A stretch of DNA of 31,517 bases from Pseudomonadota bacterium (GCA_041178085.1 JBEGVZ010000044.1:1-31517); one strand, 5' to 3'; shown: positions 8,091 through 18,439, counted from the stretch's first letter. Notes: a model not told the origin generated them from the sequence alone. Translations and numbers: made by a program.

Positions 8091-11000
8091 ATGAATGAAC
8101 TGAACGATTCGACTGATTCGCTGCAGGCTTACGCCCCCAGGCACAAGTTGCGCTTCATCACGGCAACCTCCCTGTTTGACGGCCATGACGCCAGCATCAA
8201 CATCATGCGCCGCCTGCTGCAGGCCCGTGGGGCGGAGGTCATCCACCTGGGTCACAACCGCTCCGCCGCTGAAATCGCTGACGCGGCGATCCAGGAAGAC
8301 GCCCACGCAGTCGCCATTTCAAGCTATCAGGGCGGCCACATGGAATTCTTCAAGTACGTCAGGCAGCTGCTCGACGCTGCGGGCGGGCGGGAGATCCGGA
8401 TCTTTGGTGGAGGCGGCGGCGTGATCACCCCCAGGGAGATCTCCGAGCTGGAATCCGCGGGGATTACCAAAATCTACAGTCCCGAAGACGGCGCCAAGCT
8501 GGGGCTGGACGGCATCATTGGTCACATGCTGAAGTCGGCCGACCGGGTAATAGGAAGCTGGTCTGAGGGCAAGGCAACGTCCACCGGTCAGTTGGCCAGA
8601 GCCCTGACCCTGATTGAAAACGGAAATCTGACCGCCGCGGATGCCGCAACGAAGCTATCCGCCGGCGGAAAAACGGCGCCTGCGTCCCGCACAATTCCCG
8701 TCCTCGGTATCACTGGCACCGGCGGCGCAGGCAAAAGCTCGCTGACCGATGAATTGATCCTGCGCTTTCTTTGGGACAACCCGGATATCCGGATTGGACT
8801 CATTTGCGTTGACCCATCCAAGAAAAAAACGGGCGGCGCGCTCCTTGGCGACCGGATCCGCTTCAACGCCACCAGCGACCAGCGCGTTTATCTGCGCAGC
8901 TTCGCCACCCGCGGCTCCGGCAAGGAAATCGCTGCCGTCACGCGAGACGCCATCTCCCTGTTCAAAACCCAGCCGTTTGATTTGATCATCGTGGAGACCA
9001 GCGGTATCGGGCAAGGTGATACGGGGATCCTCGACATCTCGGACCTCACCCTTTACGTGATGACGGCAGAATACGGTGCCGCGACGCAGCTGGAAAAAAT
9101 CGACATGCTCGATTTCGCCGACTTCATTGCGGTGAACAAGTTTGAACGCGCCCAGTCACTTGACGCCATCCGGGACATTCGCACCACCTTGCGCCGCTCC
9201 CGGTTTAAGGGGGTCAGGGTTGCAGACAGCGAGTTCCCGGTGTTCGGCACGATCGCCAGCCGCTTCAACGACGACGGCACCAACGGACTTTATGCCGCGC
9301 TGGTCAAAAAACTGAACGAAAAAACGGGTGATGAGCGCTTTCATCCGGCTGAACGCCAACCTGGTTTCCAGCGTCCCGTGGCGATCGAATCCACGCGCCG
9401 CGAGAGTCTGATACCGGCCGGACGCGCATCTTACCTGGCCGACATCGCCCGCTGCGTGCGGGACTACCATGCCGTGTCCGAATCCTTCGTAGCGATTGTC
9501 CGCGATGCGGAAGCCCTGGAACGCGCGGCTGCACTTTGCCAGAAACACAACGATCCCCAAATGGCGGCAAAGCTGGAAAGCAGCGCCCGCAGTAACTGGG
9601 AAAAATTGCCGGCAGGGCTGCGTGACACCCTTGACGGGTGGGAAGCCACACGCAGGAACTACGCCAGCGACGAATTTGTCTACCAGGTCCGCGGGAAGGA
9701 CGTGAGGGTCCAGGCCAGCTTCGAGACGCTATCCCATCAACGCCTGCCAAAAGTTGCCCTGCCGGACTTCACCAGCAAAGCAGACGTGGTCCGTTACCTG
9801 ATGCGTGAAAATGTCCCGGGATCTTTTCCGTTCACCGGTGGAGTCTATCCGTTCCGGCGCACAGGCGAGGACCCGAAACGCCAATTTGCCGGTGAAGGCG
9901 GACCGGGTCGGACGAATGCGCGCTTTCATTACTTGTCAAAGAACGACGACGCCAAGCGGCTTTCCACTGCCTTTGACAGCGTGACTCTGTATGGCAGCGA
10001 GCCGGACAAACGCCCCGACATCTACGGCAAGGTGGGTGAGTCTGGCGTTTCGATTGCGACGCTGGATGACATGAAGGTTCTTTACAGCGGCTTTGACCTT
10101 TGCGCAGCCAGCACCAGCGTCAGCATGACGATCAACGGTCCAGCGCCGGTGATCCTGGCCATGTTCATGAACACGGCCATAGACCAGCAAATCGACAAGT
10201 ATCGTCAAGACAACGGAAAAATCCCGGATCCAGCGACGCACGCAAAGATCGTGGAACAAACGATCCAGACCGTCCGGGGCACGGTGCAGGCCGACATCCT
10301 GAAAGAGGATCAGGCGCAAAACACTTGTATCTTCTCAACCGAATTTGCCCTCAAGCTGATGGGTGACATCCAGCAGTTCTTCATTGAGAAGAAAGTGCGG
10401 AACTACTACAGCGTCTCAATTTCCGGGTATCACATTGCCGAGGCCGGTGCGAATCCAATCACCCAGTTGGCTTTCACTCTGGCCAACGGCTTCACCTATG
10501 TTGAGTACTATCTGGCGCGTGGGATGAAGATCGACGACTTTGCCCCGAACCTGTCCTTTTTCTTCAGCAACGGCATCGACGCCGAGTACGGCGTCCTGGG
10601 AAGGGTTGCACGGCGGATCTGGGCAATTTCGATGCGCGATCGCTATGGCGCCACGGAACGCAGCCAGATGCTGAAATACCACATCCAGACGTCCGGACGT
10701 TCGCTGCATGCGATGGAAATCGACTTCAACGACATCCGCACAACGCTCCAGGCTTTGATGGCACTCTACGACAACTGCAACTCACTGCACACGAACGCTT
10801 ATGACGAGGCGATCACGACTCCGACCGAGGAAAGCGTACGCCGGGCGATGGCCATCCAGATGATTATCAACAAGGAATTCGGCCTCAACAGGTGTGAGAA
10901 CATCAATCAAGGATCTTACTTCCTTGACATGCTTACCAATCGCGTTGAAGAAGCCGTGCTCCAGGAATTCGATCGCCTGTCTGCGCGGGGTGGCGTGCTA

Positions 11001-11384
11001 GGCGCCATGGAGACCCAGTACCAGCGCAACAAGATCCAGGAAGAGAGTCTTTACTACGAAGGCAAGAAACACACGGGCGAGCTGGAGATCGTGGGTGTAA
11101 ACACCTACCTCAACCCCAAAGTTCTTGCCGCGGATTATGTCCGTCCAGAAATCGAGCTGGCTCGTGCTTCATACGAAGAAAAAGACGCACAGCTCGACCG
11201 GCTTGGAGAGTTCAAAAAAGGCAATCGCGCAAAACGGGATGACGCACTTCGCTCGCTCTCGAACACGGTCGTCGCCGGCGGCAATGTCTTTGCCGAACTG
11301 ATGAATACGGTGCGTCATGCCAGCCTGGGTGAAATCACAGAGACGCTATACCGTGTTGGCGGCAAATACCGGCGATCGATGTAA
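8091..11384 (+). CDS. icmF: Fused isobutyryl-CoA mutase IcmF (B12-binding domain, MeaB-like GTPase, mutase barrel)
   Basis: FDGHDASIN (DxHD B12 motif), [10 protein letters not shown]-loop, RQFAG (Phe as in ICM, not Tyr as in MCM), [20 protein letters not shown]; about 1097 aa. Confidence 0.95.
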   Translation: MNELNDSTDSLQAYAPRHKLRFITATSLFDGHDASINIMRRLLQARGAEVIHLGHNRSAAEIADAAIQEDAHAVAISSYQGGHMEFFKYVRQLLDAAGGREIRIFGGGGGVITPREISELESAGITKIYSPEDGAKLGLDGIIGHMLKSADRVIGSWSEGKATSTGQLARALTLIENGNLTAADAATKLSAGGKTAPASRTIPVLGITGTGGAGKSSLTDELILRFLWDNPDIRIGLICVDPSKKKTGGALLGDRIRFNATSDQRVYLRSFATRGSGKEIAAVTRDAISLFKTQPFDLIIVETSGIGQGDTGILDISDLTLYVMTAEYGAATQLEKIDMLDFADFIAVNKFERAQSLDAIRDIRTTLRRSRFKGVRVADSEFPVFGTIASRFNDDGTNGLYAALVKKLNEKTGDERFHPAERQPGFQRPVAIESTRRESLIPAGRASYLADIARCVRDYHAVSESFVAIVRDAEALERAAALCQKHNDPQMAAKLESSARSNWEKLPAGLRDTLDGWEATRRNYASDEFVYQVRGKDVRVQASFETLSHQRLPKVALPDFTSKADVVRYLMRENVPGSFPFTGGVYPFRRTGEDPKRQFAGEGGPGRTNARFHYLSKNDDAKRLSTAFDSVTLYGSEPDKRPDIYGKVGESGVSIATLDDMKVLYSGFDLCAASTSVSMTINGPAPVILAMFMNTAIDQQIDKYRQDNGKIPDPATHAKIVEQTIQTVRGTVQADILKEDQAQNTCIFSTEFALKLMGDIQQFFIEKKVRNYYSVSISGYHIAEAGANPITQLAFTLANGFTYVEYYLARGMKIDDFAPNLSFFFSNGIDAEYGVLGRVARRIWAISMRDRYGATERSQMLKYHIQTSGRSLHAMEIDFNDIRTTLQALMALYDNCNSLHTNAYDEAITTPTEESVRRAMAIQMIINKEFGLNRCENINQGSYFLDMLTNRVEEAVLQEFDRLSARGGVLGAMETQYQRNKIQEESLYYEGKKHTGELEIVGVNTYLNPKVLAADYVRPEIELARASYEEKDAQLDRLGEFKKGNRAKRDDALRSLSNTVVAGGNVFAELMNTVRHASLGEITETLYRVGGKYRRSM

Positions 11385-11497
11385 AAAAGGGTAAAGCCCC
11401 GCGGCAGATCACAGAAAGTGGCGATTCCCCTTTGGCTGCATGATCATGACAGCGCTAACCAAAAGGCGGGCCGCAAATATCTAGCCAGATGGAAAAT

Positions 11498-12175
11498 TCA
11501 GGGAAGATCATCTGATCGATGAAGGTCTCGTGACTCAATCACTTTAAAGCCAGGCGCCGCGGGCAAAACATTCTCCAGCAAGGCATCAGCTATTCTCTGC
11601 GCAGATATCGACCGGTACTGCCGCGGAAGGAGCGGATTCAATACCGGGGACAACCATCGCCCGAGCGCCTCGGCTGGCCTGAACTCATCACGATCGGTTT
11701 CAATCAGCGAAGGACGCACGATGACAACACAAGGAAAACCAAGTTCACTTATCGCGTTTTCAAGGCGTGCTTTTGTGCGCAAATAGAAGCTGCCGCGCAT
11801 GGATGCGCCGACAGAGGAGACAAGTCCAAACGCTTTCGCTCCAGCCTTGCGGGCCTTTCGGGCGGCCTCAAGGGGTAAGTCATGGTCGATTACGGCGAAT
11901 GCTTCGCGACTTCCAGCCTTGCGGATCGTACTACCAATTCCGCACACGACCGCATCCACTTGCCATGACTCCGCCGGGATCGAAAACAAATCGCTTGAGA
12001 ATACGGGGTTGACAAGTTTGGGGTGAATCTCGAGTGACCTTCGTGTCGGCGCGATGACTTCTTTGACGTCATCGCGCATGAGAGCTTGTTTTACAAGCTC
12101 ACGGCCCACGGCCCCCGTCCCGCCAAGGACAAGCAATTTACACCCGCGCCCAGCCTGGTCATCGACGTTTTTCAT
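11498..12175 (-). CDS. NAD(P)-binding oxidoreductase, YraR/TIP30-like atypical SDR
   Basis: GGTGAVG Rossmann motif, CGIGSTIRKAGS, VSSVGA, FYLRTK, RPSL. The start overlaps the pyrE stop (ATGA). Confidence 0.85.
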   Translation of the reverse strand: MKNVDDQAGRGCKLLVLGGTGAVGRELVKQALMRDDVKEVIAPTRRSLEIHPKLVNPVFSSDLFSIPAESWQVDAVVCGIGSTIRKAGSREAFAVIDHDLPLEAARKARKAGAKAFGLVSSVGASMRGSFYLRTKARLENAISELGFPCVVIVRPSLIETDRDEFRPAEALGRWLSPVLNPLLPRQYRSISAQRIADALLENVLPAAPGFKVIESRDLHRSDDLP

Positions 12176-12876
12176 GGACCGTACTTCCCAAGGTATTCCG
12201 TAATCCGCTGACGGACGTTGTCAGTCAGTCCGCTGGCAGAAGCGAGCGATTTTTCGTGGGCAAGCATCTCAAGGATTTTTTTGATATCCGTCAGCGAGTC
12301 AACCCGGACGCCATGACGCTTCGCGAGTGCCGACGCAGCCGTGCCTTCACCGCCCAGCGCATCGGATGCACGCTCACATCGATCGACACCAACCAGGACA
12401 CCGGCGAGGGTCACATCAAGTTCTTTCATCCATGCCAGCGTCTGGCCCGCACTGGTGCCTGCGGTCAGGACGTCGTCGATGACAACGACCCGACACCCGT
12501 CAGCGAGCGGATGCCCCACCAGGTTGCCACCTTCGCCATGACCCTTGGTTTCCTTGCGATCAAAGGCAAAGCCGACCTGTTGCCCTGTCTTTGCAGCAAG
12601 CTCCATCGCGATCGCAACTGCCAGCGGAATGCCCTTGTATGCGGGACCAAAGATCACGTCTGGGAGGGGATGGTATGATCGGACGATCGAATCGGCGTAC
12701 CAGCGTGCAAGGCGCGAAAGATCTGCGCCCAGATTGATTGCGCCGAAATTCATGAAAAACGGACTCTCGCGGCCAGACTTCGTGACGAACGATCCAAAGC
12801 GCAGCGCACCGGTCTCTACCAGTAATCGAACAAAATCTTGCACACCTACCCCCTGCGAGCGTTTGACAAAGCTCAT
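12172..12876 (-). CDS. pyrE: Orotate phosphoribosyltransferase
   Basis: FVTKSGRESPFF, FGPAYKGIP, RKETKGHGEGG, VIDDVLTAGT (PRPP loop). Start placed at ATG 12876 after a GGTGG RBS-like sequence. Confidence 0.95.
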   Translation of the reverse strand: MSFVKRSQGVGVQDFVRLLVETGALRFGSFVTKSGRESPFFMNFGAINLGADLSRLARWYADSIVRSYHPLPDVIFGPAYKGIPLAVAIAMELAAKTGQQVGFAFDRKETKGHGEGGNLVGHPLADGCRVVVIDDVLTAGTSAGQTLAWMKELDVTLAGVLVGVDRCERASDALGGEGTAASALAKRHGVRVDSLTDIKKILEMLAHEKSLASASGLTDNVRQRITEYLGKYGP

Positions 12877-12913
12877 ACCACCTGATTCACTTACACGAAT
12901 ACCCCGCACGACT

Positions 12914-12949
12914 GCGCACGTGCGATTCTTTTTAATCGGATACGTGCGC
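12914..12949. promoter_or_regulatory. Imperfect inverted repeat (hairpin) upstream of pyrE
   Basis: GCGCACGT-G-CGATT-CTTTTT-AATCG-GAT-ACGTGCGC; function not established. Confidence 0.45.
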
Positions 12950-13248
12950 TGGGTGGTCCCTTTCTCTAAAAAATTTAAGTCACTAAAATTACTAGAAAAT
13001 AATTGTGCCAAGAAAAGCTTGTGTGGCAACGTCTTGGTTCAAGAAGGCGCAAACTGGAAATTTGGCTGCTGTCGCTGGTTCAAATCGATGCATTCGCGAG
13101 GTCCCACGACAAGTGGAATCACTGATCAGAGCCTCTAAAAATCCTTTGGACATCGCCAGCGCTGGATGGTCGAAGCCGGGTACGGCATCCGGTAACGCCT
13201 GCGGGCTTATGATGAGAACCCCAAACCCGATGAGCGAAATGAGGTTCG

Positions 13249-14016
13249 ATGCAAGCCTTTGAAAAAAGTGTGAAGGCAACCGGCAGCCTGCTCTGTGTCG
13301 GCATCGATCCACCACTCGCGGAAAGCTCAAACCGCAGGATTCATAAACTCATTCCCAGCGCGGATATGCGCAGTGTCGCACGTCATGCCAAAGCAGTGAT
13401 CAAGGGCACTAAACCCTACGCAGCTGCGTTCAAGACAAACCTCGCCTTCTTCCTTGCACGTGGCACAAAGGGTATCGATCTACTTCTACGCTGCCGGGAG
13501 TGGTGTGGGGAAACTCCCTTGATTCTCGATGCAAAGTTCAATGACATCGGAAACACGCTGGAGGGTTACGCCGCCTTTGCTACTTCCCTTGGCGTTGCAG
13601 CAGTGACGGCAAGCCCCTACATGGGGGACGACTTTACAGCATTCACACAGCGCGGCATTACCGTGTTTGTTCTTGGCACCACCACCAATGCGCCCGACAT
13701 CCAGAAGTTGGAGATCACTTCCGACGCGGGGACGTTGGCAAGGCACGTGGCCCTGCGTGTGAGCGACCGGCCCGCAGAACTGGGATTGGTGGTTGGTCAC
13801 GACGCGGCCAACCTGCGTGAGCTTTGCCCTGAGACTTGGTTCTTGAGCCCTGGCTTGGGCGCCCAAGGTATCCCTGCGCAGGAAATCTTGAAGGGCCGCA
13901 GGCATGATGGCTCAGGCCTTTTAATCAATGCTTCCCGCTCCATCTGGGTCGCAGCAGAGCCCGGAGAGGCCGCGCGGATTCTTGCCCAATCCATTTCACC
14001 ATCGATTTCTTCATGA
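13249..14016 (+). CDS. pyrF: Orotidine-5'-phosphate decarboxylase (type 2)
   Basis: LCVGIDP, FKTNLAFF, LDAKFNDIGNT (DxKxxD), SPYMG, PGLGAQG, NASRSI. Confidence 0.93.
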   Translation: MQAFEKSVKATGSLLCVGIDPPLAESSNRRIHKLIPSADMRSVARHAKAVIKGTKPYAAAFKTNLAFFLARGTKGIDLLLRCREWCGETPLILDAKFNDIGNTLEGYAAFATSLGVAAVTASPYMGDDFTAFTQRGITVFVLGTTTNAPDIQKLEITSDAGTLARHVALRVSDRPAELGLVVGHDAANLRELCPETWFLSPGLGAQGIPAQEILKGRRHDGSGLLINASRSIWVAAEPGEAARILAQSISPSISS

Positions 14017-14061
14017 AATCGCCCTATTAGCCTTTCGAAGCCTTAAGTTCGCATTTTTATC

Positions 14062-14088
14062 TAAGATTTGAAGTTGGAAAACCGAAGG
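14062..14088 (+). promoter_or_regulatory. Putative sigma28 (FliA)-type promoter
   Basis: TAAG-N15-ACCGAAGG against consensus TAAA-N15-GCCGATAA, followed by a GGGAGG RBS and ATG 14109. Confidence 0.45.
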
Positions 14089-14108
14089 CCAATTCGGGAG
14101 GTTTCTAT

Positions 14109-15470
14109 ATGAACCGTTTTATGTCTTCACGAGTGCCGGGTATCCCGAACGTATTACTTGTTGGCCTCGTGATGACGACCGTCCAGGGTTGTCACAATGG
14201 TACCTCGACCATTAAAAGCTCCAGGGCGGTTACCGATATGTTCGGAAGCGGTGACACCACGGCCATGCTGAAAAATATCAGCCCGGAACAAGCCAAAGAG
14301 ATGCTCCCACTGGTCACGGTGTCTGATTTGGGATTGGCCAAGCAACCACCTGAGCTAAAATTGGCTGTCTCAAATATCGGACGCTTTTTTCGGCCGGGTG
14401 CCAATTTTGCCGTCATCGGGCCGTTTATCGAGATGAAATCAGGCAACGGCAGATACGATCAGATGGGGGTTCGTTTACCCCTGTTGAAACCCGCGGATCT
14501 CTCAAGGGTGGATTTGGCGATCTTACTCTCCCGCAAAGAGGATTTTAACCTCGTCTCCATCAGCGATCCGTCGGCGGCCATTCAAACCCTAAACGGGGCC
14601 TCCTTTGTCAATGTCCGGCTGGACGACATTCATTCGCGAAATGGCGCGGCTGACCCACTTTCGCTGGCAGTCGTTGCGACAACGAAACAACCGGGCGCGG
14701 CCGGATTGAGCCTCACTGTCCCGAAAAATCAGCCAAGTACTCAGACAGCATCGTGGTTCGGTACATTGATCTGGTGCGGCACTCCGCCTCTTAGTCGTCA
14801 ACCCGAACAACCGACCTCGATCAATGCCTGCAAATGGCCTTGGAATATTTTGGCGTTCTGCGCAGAAGGCAATCCGAGTCAAAATGGCGGAGGCTCGGCA
14901 GCCAACCCTTCAAACCCCAATCCTGATGACGGAGACGCTTCCGGGCCTTGCAGCGACCCCACAAAGGGCTACTGCAATGGACCTCCCAAACCTCCTTGCA
15001 CAGGCGCCTTAACTGCCGACTGTCTGCCTCCTAACACCAACCCATCTGGAGGCGGACCGGATAAATCCGAGGAACACACGCAACCACCACCATGGTGGAA
15101 CACATCATGTGATCACCCAAGCTGCATGAACCAGAATGCGGGCTCCGGCGCTGGGTCTGATTCCAATCCCGCTGACAGCGATCAGATGAACGCCTATCTC
15201 CAAAAACAAATCGAAGAAGAGTGCGAGCACATTACAAACAATCCCCAAGCCAAAGAAGCTTGTTTAAGCAGATTAACTGGAAACGGAAAGACCGAAGGTC
15301 CAGCGACCACTCCCGATCCAGGACCAGCCAGTGAACCAGCCAGTGAACCAGAGGAACCGGCCAAAGAACCGGCTCCTCTTGGCTCAACAGATAGTGAACC
15401 AGCGGACAGTAAGAAGACGCCAACACCCGAATATTTAGATCGAAATTCCAGAGAAAGTCCTACCCAATAA
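14109..15470 (+). CDS. Hypothetical lipoprotein A (shared N-domain plus Cys/Pro/Gly/Asn-rich tail)
   Basis: Hydrophobic stretch then lipobox-like VQG-C; strong RBS. The N-domain aligns by eye with the next gene; 11 Cys in the tail. Confidence 0.8.
   Translation: MNRFMSSRVPGIPNVLLVGLVMTTVQGCHNGTSTIKSSRAVTDMFGSGDTTAMLKNISPEQAKEMLPLVTVSDLGLAKQPPELKLAVSNIGRFFRPGANFAVIGPFIEMKSGNGRYDQMGVRLPLLKPADLSRVDLAILLSRKEDFNLVSISDPSAAIQTLNGASFVNVRLDDIHSRNGAADPLSLAVVATTKQPGAAGLSLTVPKNQPSTQTASWFGTLIWCGTPPLSRQPEQPTSINACKWPWNILAFCAEGNPSQNGGGSAANPSNPNPDDGDASGPCSDPTKGYCNGPPKPPCTGALTADCLPPNTNPSGGGPDKSEEHTQPPPWWNTSCDHPSCMNQNAGSGAGSDSNPADSDQMNAYLQKQIEEECEHITNNPQAKEACLSRLTGNGKTEGPATTPDPGPASEPASEPEEPAKEPAPLGSTDSEPADSKKTPTPEYLDRNSRESPTQ
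15305..15377 (+). repeat. Short coding tandem repeat (EPAS/EP spacer)
   Basis: CCAGCCAGTGAA twice plus degenerate GAACC units, encoding PASEPASEPEEPAKEPAP. Confidence 0.6.
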
Positions 15471-15606
15471 GGTCGATTCGCTGATCTACGCTTGACTCCA
15501 CCGGATTGGTATTGGCGGGAAACAATGCGTTTGAATGCTCCGTGACTGCAAATTATCCATCAAAATTGGCACCTTAATCCAGAGTCTCTGGCCTTTGCTT
15601 TTTCCC

Positions 15607-15633
15607 TAAATCTTTTCGCCTGGGAACCGATTA
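15607..15633 (+). promoter_or_regulatory. Putative sigma28 (FliA)-type promoter
   Basis: TAAA-N15-ACCGATTA, close to consensus, followed by a GAGGG RBS and ATG 15652. Confidence 0.6.
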
Positions 15634-15651
15634 CCACTTGAGGGCTCTGTG

Positions 15652-16812
15652 ATGTTAACTGAATGCAAAGCACCAGAGTTTCGATGGTTTCGTGGGATCG
15701 CTGTCTTGGCGATTCTCCTAACAACGCAGGCATGCTGGGACGGGTCATCTGCAACCACCAAGTCACGTGACACCGATACAACCGACGGTGGCGGAGACGC
15801 AAAAACAACCCTAAAAGGCATCACCCTGGAAAAAGCGCAGGAGATGTTAAAGCTGATCACCGTGCCGGAGACAGGCGAATCGGGAGCTCGCCCTTCTCTG
15901 GCTCTGGTGGAGAGCGATGAGTTGAACCGATTCCTGACCAACTTGCAGGCCGTCGTCGTTTCCCCGGTCGTTGAAGTTACGGATCCGAAAGCAAATTATC
16001 ACGGCACGGTGATCGCACTGCCGGTGTCATCATCTGCGGACGTTCCAGGGGTAACACTTTCAATTTTCCTGTCCAGGGACGGAAAAAGCAGTCTGATAGC
16101 TGCCCCGGAATATTCAAAGCTCGGCCGCATGGGGGGCGTCGCATTCGTGAAAGCACACCTTCTTGAGCGCGATTACTCGAAGGGCCGCAAAGAAAAACCA
16201 CTCGTGGTTTCTGTGATCGCCGTGCAAAAGGTAAATGCGACAGGTCTTGCTCTCACGGAAGTCGATGGCGTGATTGCTAACGAATCAGCAGAAACGACGA
16301 CCACAGGGGCCAACGAAATGCAGGCTGCCTCAGCGGGCGAAAATCAAACACAAAACGGGAACACCTCAGACTCTGTTCTTCCGCCAATTGGAAGCATGTC
16401 GGGTGAAGGTACGAACGCGAACACCGCTCACTCCGCGCAAAACATCGCCAACACTGTCAGGGCCGGCGAAAGCAGCTCCATCGGAAACGGAGCTGAATCT
16501 GAAATACCGGATTCAGGAGAGGAAATTAAAAACAGTATTAATTTCAGGCCCATACCCGGACTGTCAAACAGCAATCCCGCCCCAGGCGCTGACAGCCCTG
16601 CGGGCGAACCAACAAGATGCGGGATCCCCTCCAGTGGTTCTAGTCAGCCCCCGAATCCTGGAGCCCCCAACGGAACAAATCTAGATGGTGAAGGGGGCAA
16701 CGCCCAAGACTGCCTGCCAAATGCCCGTTGCTTCCAAGGCTCAGGTGGCCATAGCGGCGGACAGGCGAACGAGGACAATCAATCATCAGCAGGCGGCGGA
16801 TTGCAAAGGTGA
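15652..16812 (+). CDS. Hypothetical lipoprotein B, paralogue of A, with low-complexity Ser/Gly/Asn tail
   Basis: IAVLAILLTTQA-C lipobox-like signal; shared N-domain ending in GLALT. Confidence 0.8.
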   Translation: MLTECKAPEFRWFRGIAVLAILLTTQACWDGSSATTKSRDTDTTDGGGDAKTTLKGITLEKAQEMLKLITVPETGESGARPSLALVESDELNRFLTNLQAVVVSPVVEVTDPKANYHGTVIALPVSSSADVPGVTLSIFLSRDGKSSLIAAPEYSKLGRMGGVAFVKAHLLERDYSKGRKEKPLVVSVIAVQKVNATGLALTEVDGVIANESAETTTTGANEMQAASAGENQTQNGNTSDSVLPPIGSMSGEGTNANTAHSAQNIANTVRAGESSSIGNGAESEIPDSGEEIKNSINFRPIPGLSNSNPAPGADSPAGEPTRCGIPSSGSSQPPNPGAPNGTNLDGEGGNAQDCLPNARCFQGSGGHSGGQANEDNQSSAGGGLQR

Positions 16813-16841
16813 CCACCACAGCGTGCGGCATAGGAAAAAAT

Positions 16842-18329
16842 TCAAAAGCGTTGTAACAAAACCTTTAGCGAATCCTTAAATGCCTTCCGCAAAGATTCCT
16901 CTGAAACATCCAGCATGCCGACTGCCGGAAATGATCCGGCCATAGTCCCTTCCGACGCACAAAATCCAGCGACACGAATGGGAACTGGCGCGTTGGTTCC
17001 CAATCCGCCGGCCGCTAACTTCTTGTCCTGCATGATAAGTGGCAAAAGCTCCTGCCACAACCCAGCCACTTTATCGTCCGAGGGCTCACCAAGAAACCGG
17101 ACAAACCAGGAAGAGATTTCCTGCAGGCAGCCACTCTGAAAAAGAATCGCTGCCATCTTTTCAGCAACGGCCGAGGACGCAGGATCCACCTGGCAAAGGA
17201 GCTTCGACTTGCAAAGCAGCCCAAAGGCAACAGCCGCGCCGTGCCGCAAAATGACATTGAGTTTGTCCATCGACCACGATTCGAGCGCGTGGCCAATCGT
17301 GTGCCCAAGGTTCAAGTATTCACGGGAAATGACCAACTCATCATTGGCGGCGCTACCGATCAGCTCATAGGGATCAGCCTGGACCACACGGTCCTTCAGG
17401 GCGATCGCACTGCGAATAAGTCCAGAATCAGGAACTTCGCCGCGTCCCAGAACCTCCGCCCAGCGCGCCGCCATGTCCCAATCACCCGCGATGAAAGCGT
17501 GTTTGATGCACTCCGCGCCACCTGCAAGAATCTCTTCTTTTGGCAGGGTCGTCAGAAATTCCGGACTAAGAATCACAGATTCCGGGAAATGAAAGCTGCC
17601 GACCTGGTTTTTACCCCAGGGCGCAAAGTTCACCCCCGTCTTGCCACCGATTGAAGCGTCGACCATGCCCAAAAGGGTGGTCGGGATATTGATGTGAGTA
17701 AGACCAAACAATGCCGCGACAAAGCCGGCCAGATCCAACACCACCCCACCACCTACAGCAACGACAACCACATCTTCTCGGGCTGCAGAGCCCACCTGAG
17801 CGCGCAACTCCCGACAAATCGCCGCCGCAGACTCAACCGTCTTGGCACTTTCTCCGCCGCGGAAAACCCATGCTGATCCACCTTCAACCCCGGCATCAAA
17901 AACTGGCCAGGCGCGCGCAACCGCTTCATCGATTACCAGGAAAACGTGTCTTCCCGTCTGGCGGACCAGATAGATTGCCGCAGGGACCCCGTCCACACAT
18001 TGAAGGGAGAGAGCAGAAGCCCCTTTTTCACTTACCCGCCAGTGCCCGTCATCGATGGCGCCCAGCGACAAAACAGGCACTCCACGGCGGAAATAGCGGG
18101 CCGCCCACCGAGCGGCCGCCTGGTCGGGGGAGTCCAGACCGTCCAGCAGCCATGGCTGCCGGCGCCGCACACCAGCTGAAAAACCCGCCCGAAGCCAGCC
18201 CAGAGCCGCCGGGGGCGCACCGAGAGCCAGTTCAAGCGATTCGTCCGCTGGCCCGGTCAGCGGAATGACTCCCTTCAGAGACCAGGGAGATGGCGCCGGG
18301 TAATTACTGGTTTTTTGACTTTTTTCCAT
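16842..18329 (-). CDS. aroB: 3-dehydroquinate synthase with N-terminal extension
   Basis: GGESAK, VGGGVVLDLAGF, PTTLLGMVDASIGGKTGVN, KNQVGSF, ECIK, LNLGHTIGHALE, HGAAVAFG, DKK. Confidence 0.88.
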   Translation of the reverse strand: MEKSQKTSNYPAPSPWSLKGVIPLTGPADESLELALGAPPAALGWLRAGFSAGVRRRQPWLLDGLDSPDQAAARWAARYFRRGVPVLSLGAIDDGHWRVSEKGASALSLQCVDGVPAAIYLVRQTGRHVFLVIDEAVARAWPVFDAGVEGGSAWVFRGGESAKTVESAAAICRELRAQVGSAAREDVVVVAVGGGVVLDLAGFVAALFGLTHINIPTTLLGMVDASIGGKTGVNFAPWGKNQVGSFHFPESVILSPEFLTTLPKEEILAGGAECIKHAFIAGDWDMAARWAEVLGRGEVPDSGLIRSAIALKDRVVQADPYELIGSAANDELVISREYLNLGHTIGHALESWSMDKLNVILRHGAAVAFGLLCKSKLLCQVDPASSAVAEKMAAILFQSGCLQEISSWFVRFLGEPSDDKVAGLWQELLPLIMQDKKLAAGGLGTNAPVPIRVAGFCASEGTMAGSFPAVGMLDVSEESLRKAFKDSLKVLLQRF

Positions 18330-18371
18330 TGATTACAACACTTTACCGATAATCTTCAAACCGCGACACGT

Positions 18372-18398
18372 TAAAGAACCGACTGCAGACGCCGATCC
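18372..18398 (+). promoter_or_regulatory. Putative sigma28 (FliA)-type promoter
   Basis: TAAA-N15-GCCGATCC upstream of the response regulator. Confidence 0.65.
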
Positions 18399-18439
18399 CC
18401 TGTTTACGCACATGCTCCGTTAAAGCCAAGAGGTGTCCG

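Noticed and set aside
11385..11497. Possible intrinsic terminator between icmF and the convergent oxidoreductase
   Set aside because: No clean stem followed by a U-tract could be identified.
12877..13029. Upstream extension of the pyrE ORF
   Set aside because: No OPRTase similarity, runs through the AT-rich promoter-like tract, and a better start exists at 12876.
13023..13037. TGGCAACGTCTTGG as a sigma54 promoter
   Set aside because: Spacing is one base short and the -12 GC is missing.
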